This document shows, one piece after another, positions 35,674 to 45,800 of a DNA stretch of 51,578 nucleotides (position 1 is the first letter of the stretch; each line of letters opens with the position of its first letter). The translations under genes and the position numbers were made by a program. The notes under the pieces were generated by a model that did no database searches, had not been told where the DNA came from, and saw only the letters and a list, made by a program, of their open reading frames with translations. The stretch is from positions 1-51,578 of the forward strand of contig CAXDOW010000002.1 of NCBI GenBank assembly GCA_963991165.1, in the 5' to 3' direction. Origin of the DNA: an uncultured Flavobacteriales bacterium (GTDB taxonomy: Bacteria; Bacteroidota; Bacteroidia; Flavobacteriales; UBA7312).

Positions 35674-37464
35674 TTATTTTGAATTCATAATTAGGTTGGC
35701 TTTGCTATTGCCTACAAGTTTAGTAAGTTCTTTTTCATTGGCTTCTAGTACCCGTTTTACAGAGCCAAAGTGAGTAATGAGTTTTTCTACTGTTTTTGGG
35801 CCAATGCCTTCTATTGCGTCTAATGAAGTACCTAGACTGTCTTTACTTCGTCTATTGCGATGATGTTTTAGACTAAAGCGATGGGCTTCGTTTCTGAGCT
35901 GCTGTATGACTTTCAAGCTCTCCGATCGCTTGTCCAAATAAAGAGGAATGCTGTCATTAGGAAAATAGATTTCTTCTAATCGCTTGGCAATTCCGATAAT
36001 GGCGATTTTATGATGAAGATTTAGTTTTTCTAGACTTCTTCGGGCAGAGCTAAGCTGACCTTTACCGCCGTCAATAACGATGAGTTGGGGGAGGTCTTGG
36101 GCCGCTTCTTGAAGTCGTTTATAACGTCTAAAAACCACTTCTTCCATTGAAGCAAAATCGTCGGGCCCTTGTACTGTCTTGATATTAAAGAAGCGATAAT
36201 CTTGTTTACTGGGCTTGGCATTTTTAAACACTACGCAGGCCGAGGCGGGGTTACTTCCTTGTATATTAGAGTTATCAAAACACTCTATGTGGCGGGGTTT
36301 ACTATTCAGTCGTAAATCGTGTTGTAATTGTTCTAAAACCCGCTTGTTGTCAAGACGTTGGCGAAGTTCTTCATTTTTTCTTAGTCGATCTTTTTGTACG
36401 TTTTTTGCATTTTTAAAACATAAATTTACAAGCTTGTACTTATCGCCAATCTTTGGGACGCTAATTTTGAGTTGTTCCCAGTGAGATTCAATGGAAATAT
36501 TAACAAAGGCCTCTTTGGAGGTACTATGAAAACGCTGTCGTATTTCCGTAATGGCCATTGTCAGTAGCTCCTCATCGCTTTCATCTAGTTTCTTTTTTAT
36601 TTCCATAGAGTGGGCTTGGATAATGGCGCCACTAGACACTTTGAAAAAGTTAACAAAGGCATAGTCTTTGTCGGAAGCTATGGCAAAAACATCGACGTCG
36701 TTTATAATAGGGCTAACTATGGACGACTTGGACTGATAGTGCTCCAGTTGTTCTATTTTTTCTTTAACCAGTTGTGCTTTTTCATATTCCATCTTATCCG
36801 ATAGTTTTAGCATTTCAGTTTTGAAATGCTGTACAACGGTACGAATATTCCCTTTTAAAATTTGGCGAATATGATCAATATCTTGGTCATAGTCGTTGGA
36901 CTGTTGTTTGCCTACACAGGGGGCCAAACAATTGCCAATATGAAATTCTAAACACTCTTTAAATTTCTTGGCTTTGATGTTATCGTCCGATAGATTGAAC
37001 TTACACGTTCGCAAGGGGTAGATTTGGCGAATGAAGTTCAACATGGCGCTAATAATTTTGGGGTTGGTATAAGGGCCATAATATTCCGAACCATCTTTGA
37101 TGAGTTGACGGGTATAGAATACTCTTGGAAAGGGTTCTTTTTTGATACAAATCCAAGGATAGGTTTTATCGTCTTTGAGTAAAATGTTGTAGCGGGGCTG
37201 ATACTTTTTGATGAGGTTGTTTTCCAACAAAAGTGCGTCCATTTCCGTTTCGACTACCAAAATTTCTATACGTTCTATTTTACGAACCATATATGTGGTT
37301 TTGAAATTGTCGTGCTGGCGATTAAAGTAAGACGTGACACGCCGTTTGAGGTTTTTAGCTTTGCCCACATAAAGCAGACTATCCTTCTTGTCGTAAAAGC
37401 GATAGACTCCTGGTTCTGTGGTCAGGTTTTGTAAGACAGACTGTATATCCTCTGAAACTCTCAT
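35674..37464 (-). CDS. uvrC: Excinuclease ABC subunit C
   Basis: The GIY-YIG N-terminus (PGVYRFYDKKDSLLYVGKAKNLKRR), a UVR domain and a C-terminal HhH are present. The ATG at 37464 is preferred over the TTG at 37467. Confidence 0.95.
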   Translation of the reverse strand: MRVSEDIQSVLQNLTTEPGVYRFYDKKDSLLYVGKAKNLKRRVTSYFNRQHDNFKTTYMVRKIERIEILVVETEMDALLLENNLIKKYQPRYNILLKDDKTYPWICIKKEPFPRVFYTRQLIKDGSEYYGPYTNPKIISAMLNFIRQIYPLRTCKFNLSDDNIKAKKFKECLEFHIGNCLAPCVGKQQSNDYDQDIDHIRQILKGNIRTVVQHFKTEMLKLSDKMEYEKAQLVKEKIEQLEHYQSKSSIVSPIINDVDVFAIASDKDYAFVNFFKVSSGAIIQAHSMEIKKKLDESDEELLTMAITEIRQRFHSTSKEAFVNISIESHWEQLKISVPKIGDKYKLVNLCFKNAKNVQKDRLRKNEELRQRLDNKRVLEQLQHDLRLNSKPRHIECFDNSNIQGSNPASACVVFKNAKPSKQDYRFFNIKTVQGPDDFASMEEVVFRRYKRLQEAAQDLPQLIVIDGGKGQLSSARRSLEKLNLHHKIAIIGIAKRLEEIYFPNDSIPLYLDKRSESLKVIQQLRNEAHRFSLKHHRNRRSKDSLGTSLDAIEGIGPKTVEKLITHFGSVKRVLEANEKELTKLVGNSKANLIMNSK

Positions 37465-37484
37465 CAAGTTCCAAAAATACGGAT

Positions 37485-37748
37485 TTATGAACCATCTGCG
37501 GAAGTATCCGTGTTGGGTGTTTTTTCGGAATGGGAGTCTGTAGAATCTATTGGCTTTAGAGCTTTGTATAACTTAAAGACGAAACCCAAGAATAAATAGC
37601 TAAAAAATAACAGAGAAATCCACGATAAAACAGAAAGTTCCGCCAAATTATTAAGTTTTACCCATTCGTATGTTCCACACCAATAGGCCAAAAAAATGAC
37701 TCCAAAGAGATTAAAAAGAATAGTAAAGAGTTTAATGATTTGTTTCAT
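37485..37748 (-). CDS. Small membrane protein (two TM helices), hypothetical
   Basis: Two hydrophobic helices are followed by an acidic/Ser-Thr tail. The gene lies 20 nt upstream of uvrC. Confidence 0.45.
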   Translation of the reverse strand: MKQIIKLFTILFNLFGVIFLAYWCGTYEWVKLNNLAELSVLSWISLLFFSYLFLGFVFKLYKALKPIDSTDSHSEKTPNTDTSADGS

Positions 37749-37768
37749 GGTATTGAATGTTAAAATTA

Positions 37769-38536
37769 CTAGAGTGTTTGTGCAGTCTGTTGAGATGTTG
37801 GCACTTTCGGTTTAAATACATCAAAACCAATCCCAACTCCTACCCAGCTTTTGCCGTGGTAGGTCCAACGGTAATGTTCTTGGTTATCGATGTAATCTTG
37901 ACCAAAATAGATACCCGCTTGAGTTCTATTAAATTGTAACATGACTCCCCAAAACCCACTTAGAATATTGGCATTAAGGGGTGAAATGCTTGGGTTGGCG
38001 TTGCTGGCGTTGAGGTTGATAGTGCCAATACCAAAGCCAAGCTGACATATTATGGAGGCCTCTTTTAGCATTATAGATGTTTTGTAGCTCAAGGTAGAGT
38101 TGACATTAAATTCTGTAGTGTATACGTTTGTCTTACCGTATCGACTGCCTCGGTATTTAAACGGTAAGGTAAGCAAACCTATGGTCCACCTTTCGGTTTG
38201 ATTCGATTTTTTGGCAAACTTCAACATATCTTTTTTGACTTTAAAAAGCCGATTGTTGTAATAGTCAGAACGGTCTATTTTTAAAGAGCTATCGGGAATA
38301 AAATCTAAGGGTGATAAAGTGTACATTGTGTCGTTAACGTCCACTATAAAAAAGTCATAGCCCACCTCTAAATAGTTTACTGTCCTTTTAGTTGTGTCAA
38401 AATTTATGGTAAAATTTTTATCGGTATCGGTATGTTCTACGGGCCTAAAAAACTCTATTAAATCTCCCTTTTGGAAGTCTTGCCCAACACAAATTTGAGA
38501 TACTATTAGTAAGAAATAAACAAGGTGTTTTTTCAT
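37769..38536 (-). CDS. Secreted hypothetical protein with a C-terminal beta-strand-rich (possible small OM barrel) half
   Basis: It has a signal peptide (LLIVSQICVGQ) and alternating hydrophobic patterns in the last ~140 aa (GIGTINL, GFWGVMLQF, AGIYFGQDY, WVGVGIGFDVF). Confidence 0.5.
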   Translation of the reverse strand: MKKHLVYFLLIVSQICVGQDFQKGDLIEFFRPVEHTDTDKNFTINFDTTKRTVNYLEVGYDFFIVDVNDTMYTLSPLDFIPDSSLKIDRSDYYNNRLFKVKKDMLKFAKKSNQTERWTIGLLTLPFKYRGSRYGKTNVYTTEFNVNSTLSYKTSIMLKEASIICQLGFGIGTINLNASNANPSISPLNANILSGFWGVMLQFNRTQAGIYFGQDYIDNQEHYRWTYHGKSWVGVGIGFDVFKPKVPTSQQTAQTL

Positions 38537-38574
38537 CGTTTTAAATTTTAACTAGTGGCAAGTTATGTTTTTTT

Positions 38575-40035
38575 TCAGTACCAGCCAACCACCACACTTT
38601 GTTTTTGAAGAATGGGGGATTGATTGGAGTGAATAGCCTCTAGCCATACAATGTATCGACCTGTAGCGGCTGGTTCATTTCTGTCCGTTAGTCCGTCCCA
38701 ATAGTAGGTGTTGACAGTGCCAAAAAGAGTGTTGTTAATGAGTGTTTTTATGAGAAAACCCTGAACATTAAAAATAAGTAATCGCCCTCGAAAACCGCTT
38801 TGTTCAAATGTAAGTTGTATGCTTAGTATATCGTCTTGTCCATCGTTGTTGGGCGTGAAAACAGGGGGGCTTAAAGTCATAATGTCTTTGGCTGGTACTA
38901 TTTGGTGAGCTTGTGAATTGGGTAAAGTGGGTGTGGAAAATCCTGAAGGTTCTGATGCTGAATGCCAATTGTCATTGGCCGTTAAATCGGTATTTATGCG
39001 TTCCAATGACACGCCTTCGACGTCTTGCAAAAGGTCAAAGTGCATGTTTTCATCATAATGAAATTCATCAATACTAATGCTATCTAAAGCAAGAACCACT
39101 ACACCCTGATCATTGTTGTAAGTGGGCATGCTTTCCAGTTCAATAATTTGCTCTTCAAGAGCTTGGGGATGGTAATCTAATAGGGTCTGTTTGGAGATGC
39201 ATAAAACCAAAAGGTCGTTAGGCAACATAAAATCGTATCCTTCAGAAATGGGTTTCAAATTGGCGGCTTGTTGAGCGTAATAATTACCCAATTGCAACCC
39301 TTTTATACAAAGTGTTTTGGAGCTCCTATTAATAATTTCTACAAAATCGTTATCGCCTTCAAGGGGGTTAAACAGTACCTCGTTGATGACGATATCCTGA
39401 GCTTGTGGATACAAAAAGGTATCTACAAAAGAGTAACCATCAACTTCAATATTATCAAAGAAAAACTTATCGGATCGTGTGCTGGTATAGACACATTCTA
39501 TACCAAAATATTGACTGCTTAAATAGGTGTGGTCAAAACAGCTGCCTTGCAATGAAAACGTCGAGTCGCCAAAATGCTTGGCATATACATACCAATTCCC
39601 TATGCTATCCCGATGAACCAAAAGATGAATTTCTACCAATGGAACATCAATGAAATCCATTGGCCCTGTAATGAGTTTTTCAGAGATTCCATGAGTTGAT
39701 TTGTAGAAGCTAATTTCGTCATTAGTCCCTCCCAATTTGACGTAATAACCGTTTTGCATACTATCCATCGACAGATGAACGATCGTATAGTTGCTACTTG
39801 AGGGGTTAAAGTCCATTCGTATGTCTAATTGCCATTGCCCCTCCAACAAGGCCATTGAAGAATGCCAAATTTGGGCCTGATCGGCTTGTGGTGGTGCCAT
39901 TAGCTGCAGACGGCTAAGTGAATCTACGACGAACTTACTGGTATCACCTTGCCAATTACTAAAACCATCAAAATATTCAGAAAATTGAGCGGTCAACATT
40001 AAAGGGAATAGAAACAGGACTATTAGCTTTTTCAT
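38575..40035 (-). CDS. Secreted protein with a lamin-tail (LTD) domain and a gliding-motility/T9SS type-B-like C-terminal domain
   Basis: It has a signal peptide, an LTD segment INEVLFNPLEGDNDFVEIINRS and the C-terminus FTPNNDGQDDILSI...LLIFNVQG...YWDGLTDRNEPAATGRYIVWLEA. I use the ATG at 40035. Confidence 0.65.
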   Translation of the reverse strand: MKKLIVLFLFPLMLTAQFSEYFDGFSNWQGDTSKFVVDSLSRLQLMAPPQADQAQIWHSSMALLEGQWQLDIRMDFNPSSSNYTIVHLSMDSMQNGYYVKLGGTNDEISFYKSTHGISEKLITGPMDFIDVPLVEIHLLVHRDSIGNWYVYAKHFGDSTFSLQGSCFDHTYLSSQYFGIECVYTSTRSDKFFFDNIEVDGYSFVDTFLYPQAQDIVINEVLFNPLEGDNDFVEIINRSSKTLCIKGLQLGNYYAQQAANLKPISEGYDFMLPNDLLVLCISKQTLLDYHPQALEEQIIELESMPTYNNDQGVVVLALDSISIDEFHYDENMHFDLLQDVEGVSLERINTDLTANDNWHSASEPSGFSTPTLPNSQAHQIVPAKDIMTLSPPVFTPNNDGQDDILSIQLTFEQSGFRGRLLIFNVQGFLIKTLINNTLFGTVNTYYWDGLTDRNEPAATGRYIVWLEAIHSNQSPILQKQSVVVGWY

Positions 40036-40063
40036 TTTTAAGAAAATCAATATCTATGTCATT

Positions 40064-40071
40064 CAAATATA
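40064..40071 (-). promoter_or_regulatory. Candidate -7 box (TATATTTG on the minus strand) for the LTD-protein gene
   Basis: The plus strand reads CAAATATA, 29 nt upstream of the ATG at 40035. Confidence 0.35.
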
Positions 40072-40073
40072 CT

Positions 40074-40081
40074 TATTTTTG
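40074..40081 (+). promoter_or_regulatory. Candidate -7 box (TATTTTTG) for asd
   Basis: It matches TAnnTTTG 20 nt upstream of the ATG at 40101. Confidence 0.4.
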
Positions 40082-40100
40082 ATAGCTAAACGAAATTGAA

Positions 40101-41090
40101 ATGATAGTTGCAATAGTAGGGGCTACCGGTATGGTAGGAAATATGATGCTTTCTGTACTGGAAGAGCGTTCCTTTCCTGTTAGCAAGTTAATCGCGGTGG
40201 CTTCAGAAAAGTCTGTAGGAAAAACTGTTTTTTTTGCTTCTGAGTCCGTACCTGTCGTTTCTTTAGAGGATGCCCTTTCGCTTTCACCCCATGTGGTTTT
40301 GTTTTCAGCAGGCAGCGCTATTTCCAAACTCTGGGCACCGAAATTTGCTCAACAAGGCAGTGTGGTTATTGATAATTCGTCGTGTTGGCGTATGTCGCCA
40401 AATCATAAATTAATCATTCCCGAAGTTAATGGCAACTTACTGGATGCTGACGACCGCATTATTGCAAACCCTAACTGTTCGACCATTCAACTCTTAATGG
40501 CTCTCAAACCTCTTCATGATGCTTACCAAGTTAAAAGAGTCGTGCTATCTACTTATCAATCAATCACTGGCACAGGAGTGAAAGCCGTTAAGCAATTAGA
40601 GAATGAAATGAATGGAGAAAAAACCGATATGGTTTATCCTTATCCCATCCATAAAAATGCCTTACCGCATTGTGATGTATTTGAAGATAATGGGTACACC
40701 AAAGAAGAAATGAAGTTGATGAAGGAAACTAAAAAAATCATGCAAAACGACTCCATTGAGGTAAGTGCTACGGCCGTAAGAGTTCCAGTATTGGGAGGGC
40801 ACTGTGAAAGTGTCAATGTCGAATTTCATAGCGATTTTGAACTCTCCGAAGTGCGTCGGTTGTTACATGATTTTCCAGGTGTTGTTGTTCAAGATAACCC
40901 CGATGTAAATACCTACCCCATGCCCATTTATGCCGAAGGTAAAGATGAGGTGTTTGTGGGACGAATACGACGTGATTTTTCACAACAAAACACACTTAAT
41001 ATGTGGGTTGTTTCCGATAATTTAAGAAAAGGGGCTGCTACTAATACCATTCAAATAGCCGAACACTTAATAAGACGTAAGTTGATATGA
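40101..41090 (+). CDS. asd: Aspartate-semialdehyde dehydrogenase
   Basis: VAIVGATGMVG, ANPNCSTIQ (active-site Cys) and SDNLRKGAA are present. Confidence 0.95.
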   Translation: MIVAIVGATGMVGNMMLSVLEERSFPVSKLIAVASEKSVGKTVFFASESVPVVSLEDALSLSPHVVLFSAGSAISKLWAPKFAQQGSVVIDNSSCWRMSPNHKLIIPEVNGNLLDADDRIIANPNCSTIQLLMALKPLHDAYQVKRVVLSTYQSITGTGVKAVKQLENEMNGEKTDMVYPYPIHKNALPHCDVFEDNGYTKEEMKLMKETKKIMQNDSIEVSATAVRVPVLGGHCESVNVEFHSDFELSEVRRLLHDFPGVVVQDNPDVNTYPMPIYAEGKDEVFVGRIRRDFSQQNTLNMWVVSDNLRKGAATNTIQIAEHLIRRKLI

Positions 41091-41854
41091 TTATTAGTCA
41101 CAAACATAAATATGTCTTTGTAGGCTTGCCACTTGCGGCCTCCACAGCCATCTCTAAAGAGTTGTGCGAGATGTATGACGGAAAACCCATTCTTTCCAAA
41201 CACTCCATATATCAAGATTTCTTGAAAGTAGCTACTAGTGAAGAAAAATCTTATAAAGTGCTAGCTTGCTCACGAAATCCACTTGATATTTCGGTGAGTT
41301 ATTATACCAAAATGATAAGCGATATGAGTGGGAATTTTAGTAATGAAAGCTTGCTTCGAAAAAATGGTGGACACCTCAAACAAAGAGACTATAAATTGGC
41401 TCGCTATTTTAAAAAGCACAAGGCCAACTACACCACCTTTTTAAGAAAATATTACCAGTTTCCTTTCGATAATTGGTTGAGTATAACTAAGCCCTATTGT
41501 GATTTTGTCATGCGTTTCGATTATTTACAAGAAGATTTTGAAAAAGCCATATTAAGCTGTGGTATTGAACCAAAACGACTATTACCCATAGTAAACAAAA
41601 CCACTGACAAAGCGTCTTATCTAGATTTTTACACATCGGAAAATAAAGCCATGGGTCTAGCCATTTTTGGCCCCTACTTATTAGAACATAACATGGACTT
41701 CCCTGCCCAATGGGGAAGCATCAAAGTACCTTGGAGACATCAACTATTATATCAATTTATGCGTCTCATTCGAAAATGGTATTGGGAGCATAAAAGCTAC
41801 AGAGATACCAATGCTCAAAAAGTATATAAGGAATTATTGGAAAAACATCAGTAG
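41087..41854 (+). CDS. Sulfotransferase-family-2-like protein with an atypical PAPS-binding loop
   Basis: SRNPLDISVSYY (an RxPxxRxxSxY-like 3'-PB motif) and a distal FVMRFDYLQEDF...LPIVNKT segment are present. An ATGA overlap links it to asd. Confidence 0.5.
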   Translation: MIISHKHKYVFVGLPLAASTAISKELCEMYDGKPILSKHSIYQDFLKVATSEEKSYKVLACSRNPLDISVSYYTKMISDMSGNFSNESLLRKNGGHLKQRDYKLARYFKKHKANYTTFLRKYYQFPFDNWLSITKPYCDFVMRFDYLQEDFEKAILSCGIEPKRLLPIVNKTTDKASYLDFYTSENKAMGLAIFGPYLLEHNMDFPAQWGSIKVPWRHQLLYQFMRLIRKWYWEHKSYRDTNAQKVYKELLEKHQ

Positions 41855-41856
41855 GA

Positions 41857-42441
41857 CTATTTGAAGAAGGTGCGGTGAAAAAGTAGAATGTTGATGACCC
41901 CAACACTAATGGAGGCATCGGCAATATTAAATACTGGTCTAAAAAATATAAAATGATTGCCCCCAACAAAAGGCAACCAACTGGGCAAATGCCCATTAAT
42001 GATCGGAAAGTAAAACATATCCACCACTTTTCCCTGTAAAAAACCAGCGTAACCGCCTTCAAAAACTGTGGCTAGTTGGCCATAACTCTCAGAAAATATA
42101 AGACCGTAAAAAGCACTGTCAATCATATTTCCAATGGCTCCAGCTAAAATTAGTGAAATACTAAATAAGATGCCATTTTTAACCTTTGAGATAGCCAATT
42201 TTCTAAGGTAAAAAGCAATAAAAATAATGGCAACAATTCGAAAAATACTTAGAAAATATTTGCCCATATCTCCCCCAAACTCCATACCAAAAGCCATGCC
42301 CTTATTTTCAGTAAAATGAATGATAAACCAATCGAAAATTTGAAACTCCTGGCCCAACATCATATTGGTCTTAATCCAAAATTTCAAAGCTTGATCGAGA
42401 AATAAAACGACCACAATTAAAAGGATAGGTTTTTTTAGCAT
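41857..42441 (-). CDS. lspA: Lipoprotein signal peptidase (signal peptidase II)
   Basis: Four TM helices are predicted, along with NKGMAFG, GAIGNMIDS and FNIADASI motifs. Confidence 0.9.
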   Translation of the reverse strand: MLKKPILLIVVVLFLDQALKFWIKTNMMLGQEFQIFDWFIIHFTENKGMAFGMEFGGDMGKYFLSIFRIVAIIFIAFYLRKLAISKVKNGILFSISLILAGAIGNMIDSAFYGLIFSESYGQLATVFEGGYAGFLQGKVVDMFYFPIINGHLPSWLPFVGGNHFIFFRPVFNIADASISVGVINILLFHRTFFK

Positions 42442-42445
42442 GGGA

Positions 42446-42820
42446 CTATTGGGCTCGTTTGGCCTCTATACTCAAAGTGGCGTGTGGCACAAGTTTTAAT
42501 CGTTCCTTTTGAATTAGTTTTCCCGTTACTCGGCAAATGCCGTACGTTTTGTTGTCAATTCGCTTGAGTGCATTTTTTAGATTATAGATGAACTTCTCTT
42601 GTCGAAGAGCTAATTGGGCGTTTTCTTCTTTAGATAGTGTCTCTGAGCCCTCTTCGAATCCCTTAAAAGTGGGGGAGGTATCATCAGTTCCATTGTTGGC
42701 GTCGTTGGTATATGCGCTTTTAATGAGTTCTAGATCGTATTCTGCTTTGTCAATTTTATCTTCGATTATTTGACGAAATTCTTCTAACTCTGTATCGGTA
42801 TATCGTGTTTTTTCTGTCAT
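42446..42820 (-). CDS. DksA/TraR-family protein with a degenerate zinc finger
   Basis: A coiled-coil N-terminal part is followed by a C-terminal YGICRVTGKLIQKERLKLVPHATLSIEAK segment. Only one of the four canonical Cys residues is present. Confidence 0.75.
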   Translation of the reverse strand: MTEKTRYTDTELEEFRQIIEDKIDKAEYDLELIKSAYTNDANNGTDDTSPTFKGFEEGSETLSKEENAQLALRQEKFIYNLKNALKRIDNKTYGICRVTGKLIQKERLKLVPHATLSIEAKRAQ

Positions 42821-45800
42821 TATTTTACATTTTGTATTTCTATACTTGTTTGCACGCCTTCCACCAGTTCAATGTGCTTTTCCTGATGGTCAGATATACT
42901 AACAATACGTAAGTCGTCTGCTAATGTTTCAGAACAAATATAATTTAAATTCTCATTTATAGCTGTGTTTAATGTCTCCTGTGAGCCCACGGATACATGT
43001 ATTCTGTCTGTTACTTCCAAGCCCGACTCTTTTCTAATGGTTTGTATTCGGTTGACTAGCTCTCTGGCAAGTCCCTCGTTAATTAAGGATTGGTCTAGAC
43101 TGATGTCTAAAGCCACTGTTAGCCCGTTCATAGACGTGACAGCCCAACCTGGAATATCTTCGGTGCTTATTTCTACATCTTGACGGTCAATGTGAATTTT
43201 CTCATCATTATGAACTAGAGTGTAGCTGCCGTTATTTTCAATGCTGTCAATGTCCTCAGCTGTGAACTGAGCTATGGCCTGGGCTATGGTTTTCATTTGC
43301 GAGCCAAACTTCGGCCCAAGTGTTTTAAAATTAGGTTTTATCTTTTTAACCAAAATTCCTGAATCGGCAGTCATAAACTCTAGATCTTTGACATTAACTT
43401 CGGCCAATACGAGCGGTTTTACGGCTTGTATGTGTTGTTTTGTTGTTTCGTTGATTACAGGCACTAAGATTTTTCGAAGGGGTTGCCTAACCCTCAAATT
43501 TTCTTTCTTTCTAAGTGAAAAGGCCATGGAGGTAAGGCTTTGTGCAAGGCCCATTTTTTCTTCCAAGTCCTTATTGATGTATTGCTCCTGAATCTTTGGC
43601 CATTGGGTTAAATGCACCGATTCATGTTTAGATTTTTGGGTAACCATATTTAGGTCGTTGAACAAACGATCCATAAAAAAAGGAGCTATGGGCGAAGCGA
43701 TGACTGCAATGGTTTCTAAGCAAGTATACAGGGTTTGATAGGCCGAAATTTTGTCAGTGCCGTAATCGCCTTTCCAAAAGCGTCTGCGACACAAACGAAC
43801 ATACCAATTGCTGAGGTTATCATTAACAAAAGTTTGAATTAGACGTGAGGCTTTGGTGGGTTCATAGTCTTCAAGAGAAGAGTGAACTTGCTTGTTTAAA
43901 GTATTTAGTTCCGATAAAATCCACTGGTCTATTTCAGGGCGATTTTCAACCGAAATTGTTTCCTCTTGGAAACAAAAACCATCAATATTGGCGTACAGGG
44001 CAAAAAAGGAATAGGTATTGTACAAAGTGCCAAAAAATTTCCGTTTTACTTCGGCGAGTCCTTCTATATCAAATTTTAGATTATCCCACGGTTGGGCGTT
44101 ACTTATCATGTACCAACGAGTAGCATCTGCTCCATATTCTTCCAGAGTAGTAAAGGGATCTACGGCATTGCCTAAACGTTTAGACATTTTGTTTCCTGTT
44201 TTGTCCAAGACCAATCCGTTGGACACTACATTTTTGAAGGCTACACTGTCAAATAATATGGAAGCAATAGCATGAAGAGTAAAAAACCATCCACGTGTTT
44301 GATCTACTCCTTCGGCAATGAAATCTGCTGGAAAATTGCTTTCAAAGCGGTCTTTATTTTCAAAAGGATAGTGAAGTTGGGCATAGGGCATAGAACCCGA
44401 ATCAAACCATACGTCAATAAGGTCTTTTTCTCTGTACATGGGTTGACCATCTGAGGTGGCTAATACAATATCATCAACAAATGGTCGGTGTAAGTCAAAG
44501 GTCTTATAATTTTCTTTTGACATGTTTCCTACCTCAAAATCAGCTAAGGGGTTATGGCTCATTACCCCTACATTCTGGGCGTGTTCTATTTCTTGTTTGA
44601 GTTGCTCTATGGATCCGATACAGATTTGTTCATGACCATCTTGTGATACCCAAATAGGCAAAGGAATTCCCCAAAATCGCGAGCGCGATAAGTTCCAATC
44701 AACTAGGTTTTCTAACCAATTCCCAAAACGTCCTTCGCCGGTTGATTTGGGTTTCCAATGTATGGATTTATTTAAGGCGACCATTCGTTCTTTGGCGGCA
44801 GTTGTTTTTACAAACCAACTTTCTAGAGGATAATATAAAATGGGTTTATCGGTTCGCCAACAATGCGGATAAGAGTGCTCGTATTTTTCAGCTTTAAAGC
44901 ATTTGTTTTCTTCTTTGAGCTTGATGACAATTTGAATATCGGCTGACTTTTCTGGAGCTTTTCCATCATCATAAAATTCATTTTTGACATACATTCCAGC
45001 AAAGTCTGTCACTTCCTCAACAAAACGTCCTTGAGTGTCCACTAAGGTTAATGAACCTATGCCGTTTTGTTTAGCGACCAAATTATCATCGGCTCCAAAA
45101 CTCGGTGCTAAATGCACGATGCCAGTACCATCTTCGGTCGTTACAAAATCGCCAATCAAAACTTTAAAAGCCTCGCCGTCTTGAGGTTGAACATAAGGCA
45201 GTAATTGCTCGTAGCGTAAACCGGCTAAGTCTGTTCCTTTTATTTCTTGAATTAGATCGAACGGGATGTTTTTGTCTCCTTCCTTGTAATCGCTTAATGA
45301 GAGGGTGGCATTTTTTTCTAAAAAATACGTGCCAAATAGTGCCTTGGCAAGAATGACCGTTATGGGTTTAAAGGTATAGGTGTTGAAGGTGTTTACCACA
45401 ACATAGTCTATGTTCTTTCCAACAGCTAAGGCGGTGTTGGATGGTAGAGTCCATGGGGTGGTTGTCCATGCTAAAAAGAAGACGTCTCCATGGCTTTTTT
45501 CAAATAAAAATTCAGAATCTGTGTATTTTATTGCTTTGAATTGAGCGATAGCCGATAGGTCTTTAACATTGCGGTAACAACCTGGTTGATTGAGCTCATG
45601 AGAGCTTAGTCCTGTTCCAGCTTTGGGAGAATAGGGTTGTATGGTATAACCCTTATATAGCATGTCTTTTTTATCCATTTGACTCAATAGCCACCATACA
45701 CTTTCTATGTATTTGTTGTCAAAAGTGACATAGGGGTCGTTCATATCTACCCAATAGCCCATTTTGTTGGTCAAGTCTTCCCATGTGCTTTTGAAGGTCA

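Noticed and set aside
41766-42062. A 98-aa minus-strand ORF bridges the sulfotransferase-like gene and lspA.
   Set aside because: It overlaps two well-supported genes. The lspA frame (NKGMAFG, FNIADASI) explains the region.
42965-44454. There are five plus-strand ORFs (60-105 aa) inside the ileS region.
   Set aside because: All lie antisense within a 1118-aa gene that has unmistakable IleRS motifs. Their translations are low-complexity and Ser/Leu/Cys-rich, typical of shadow ORFs.
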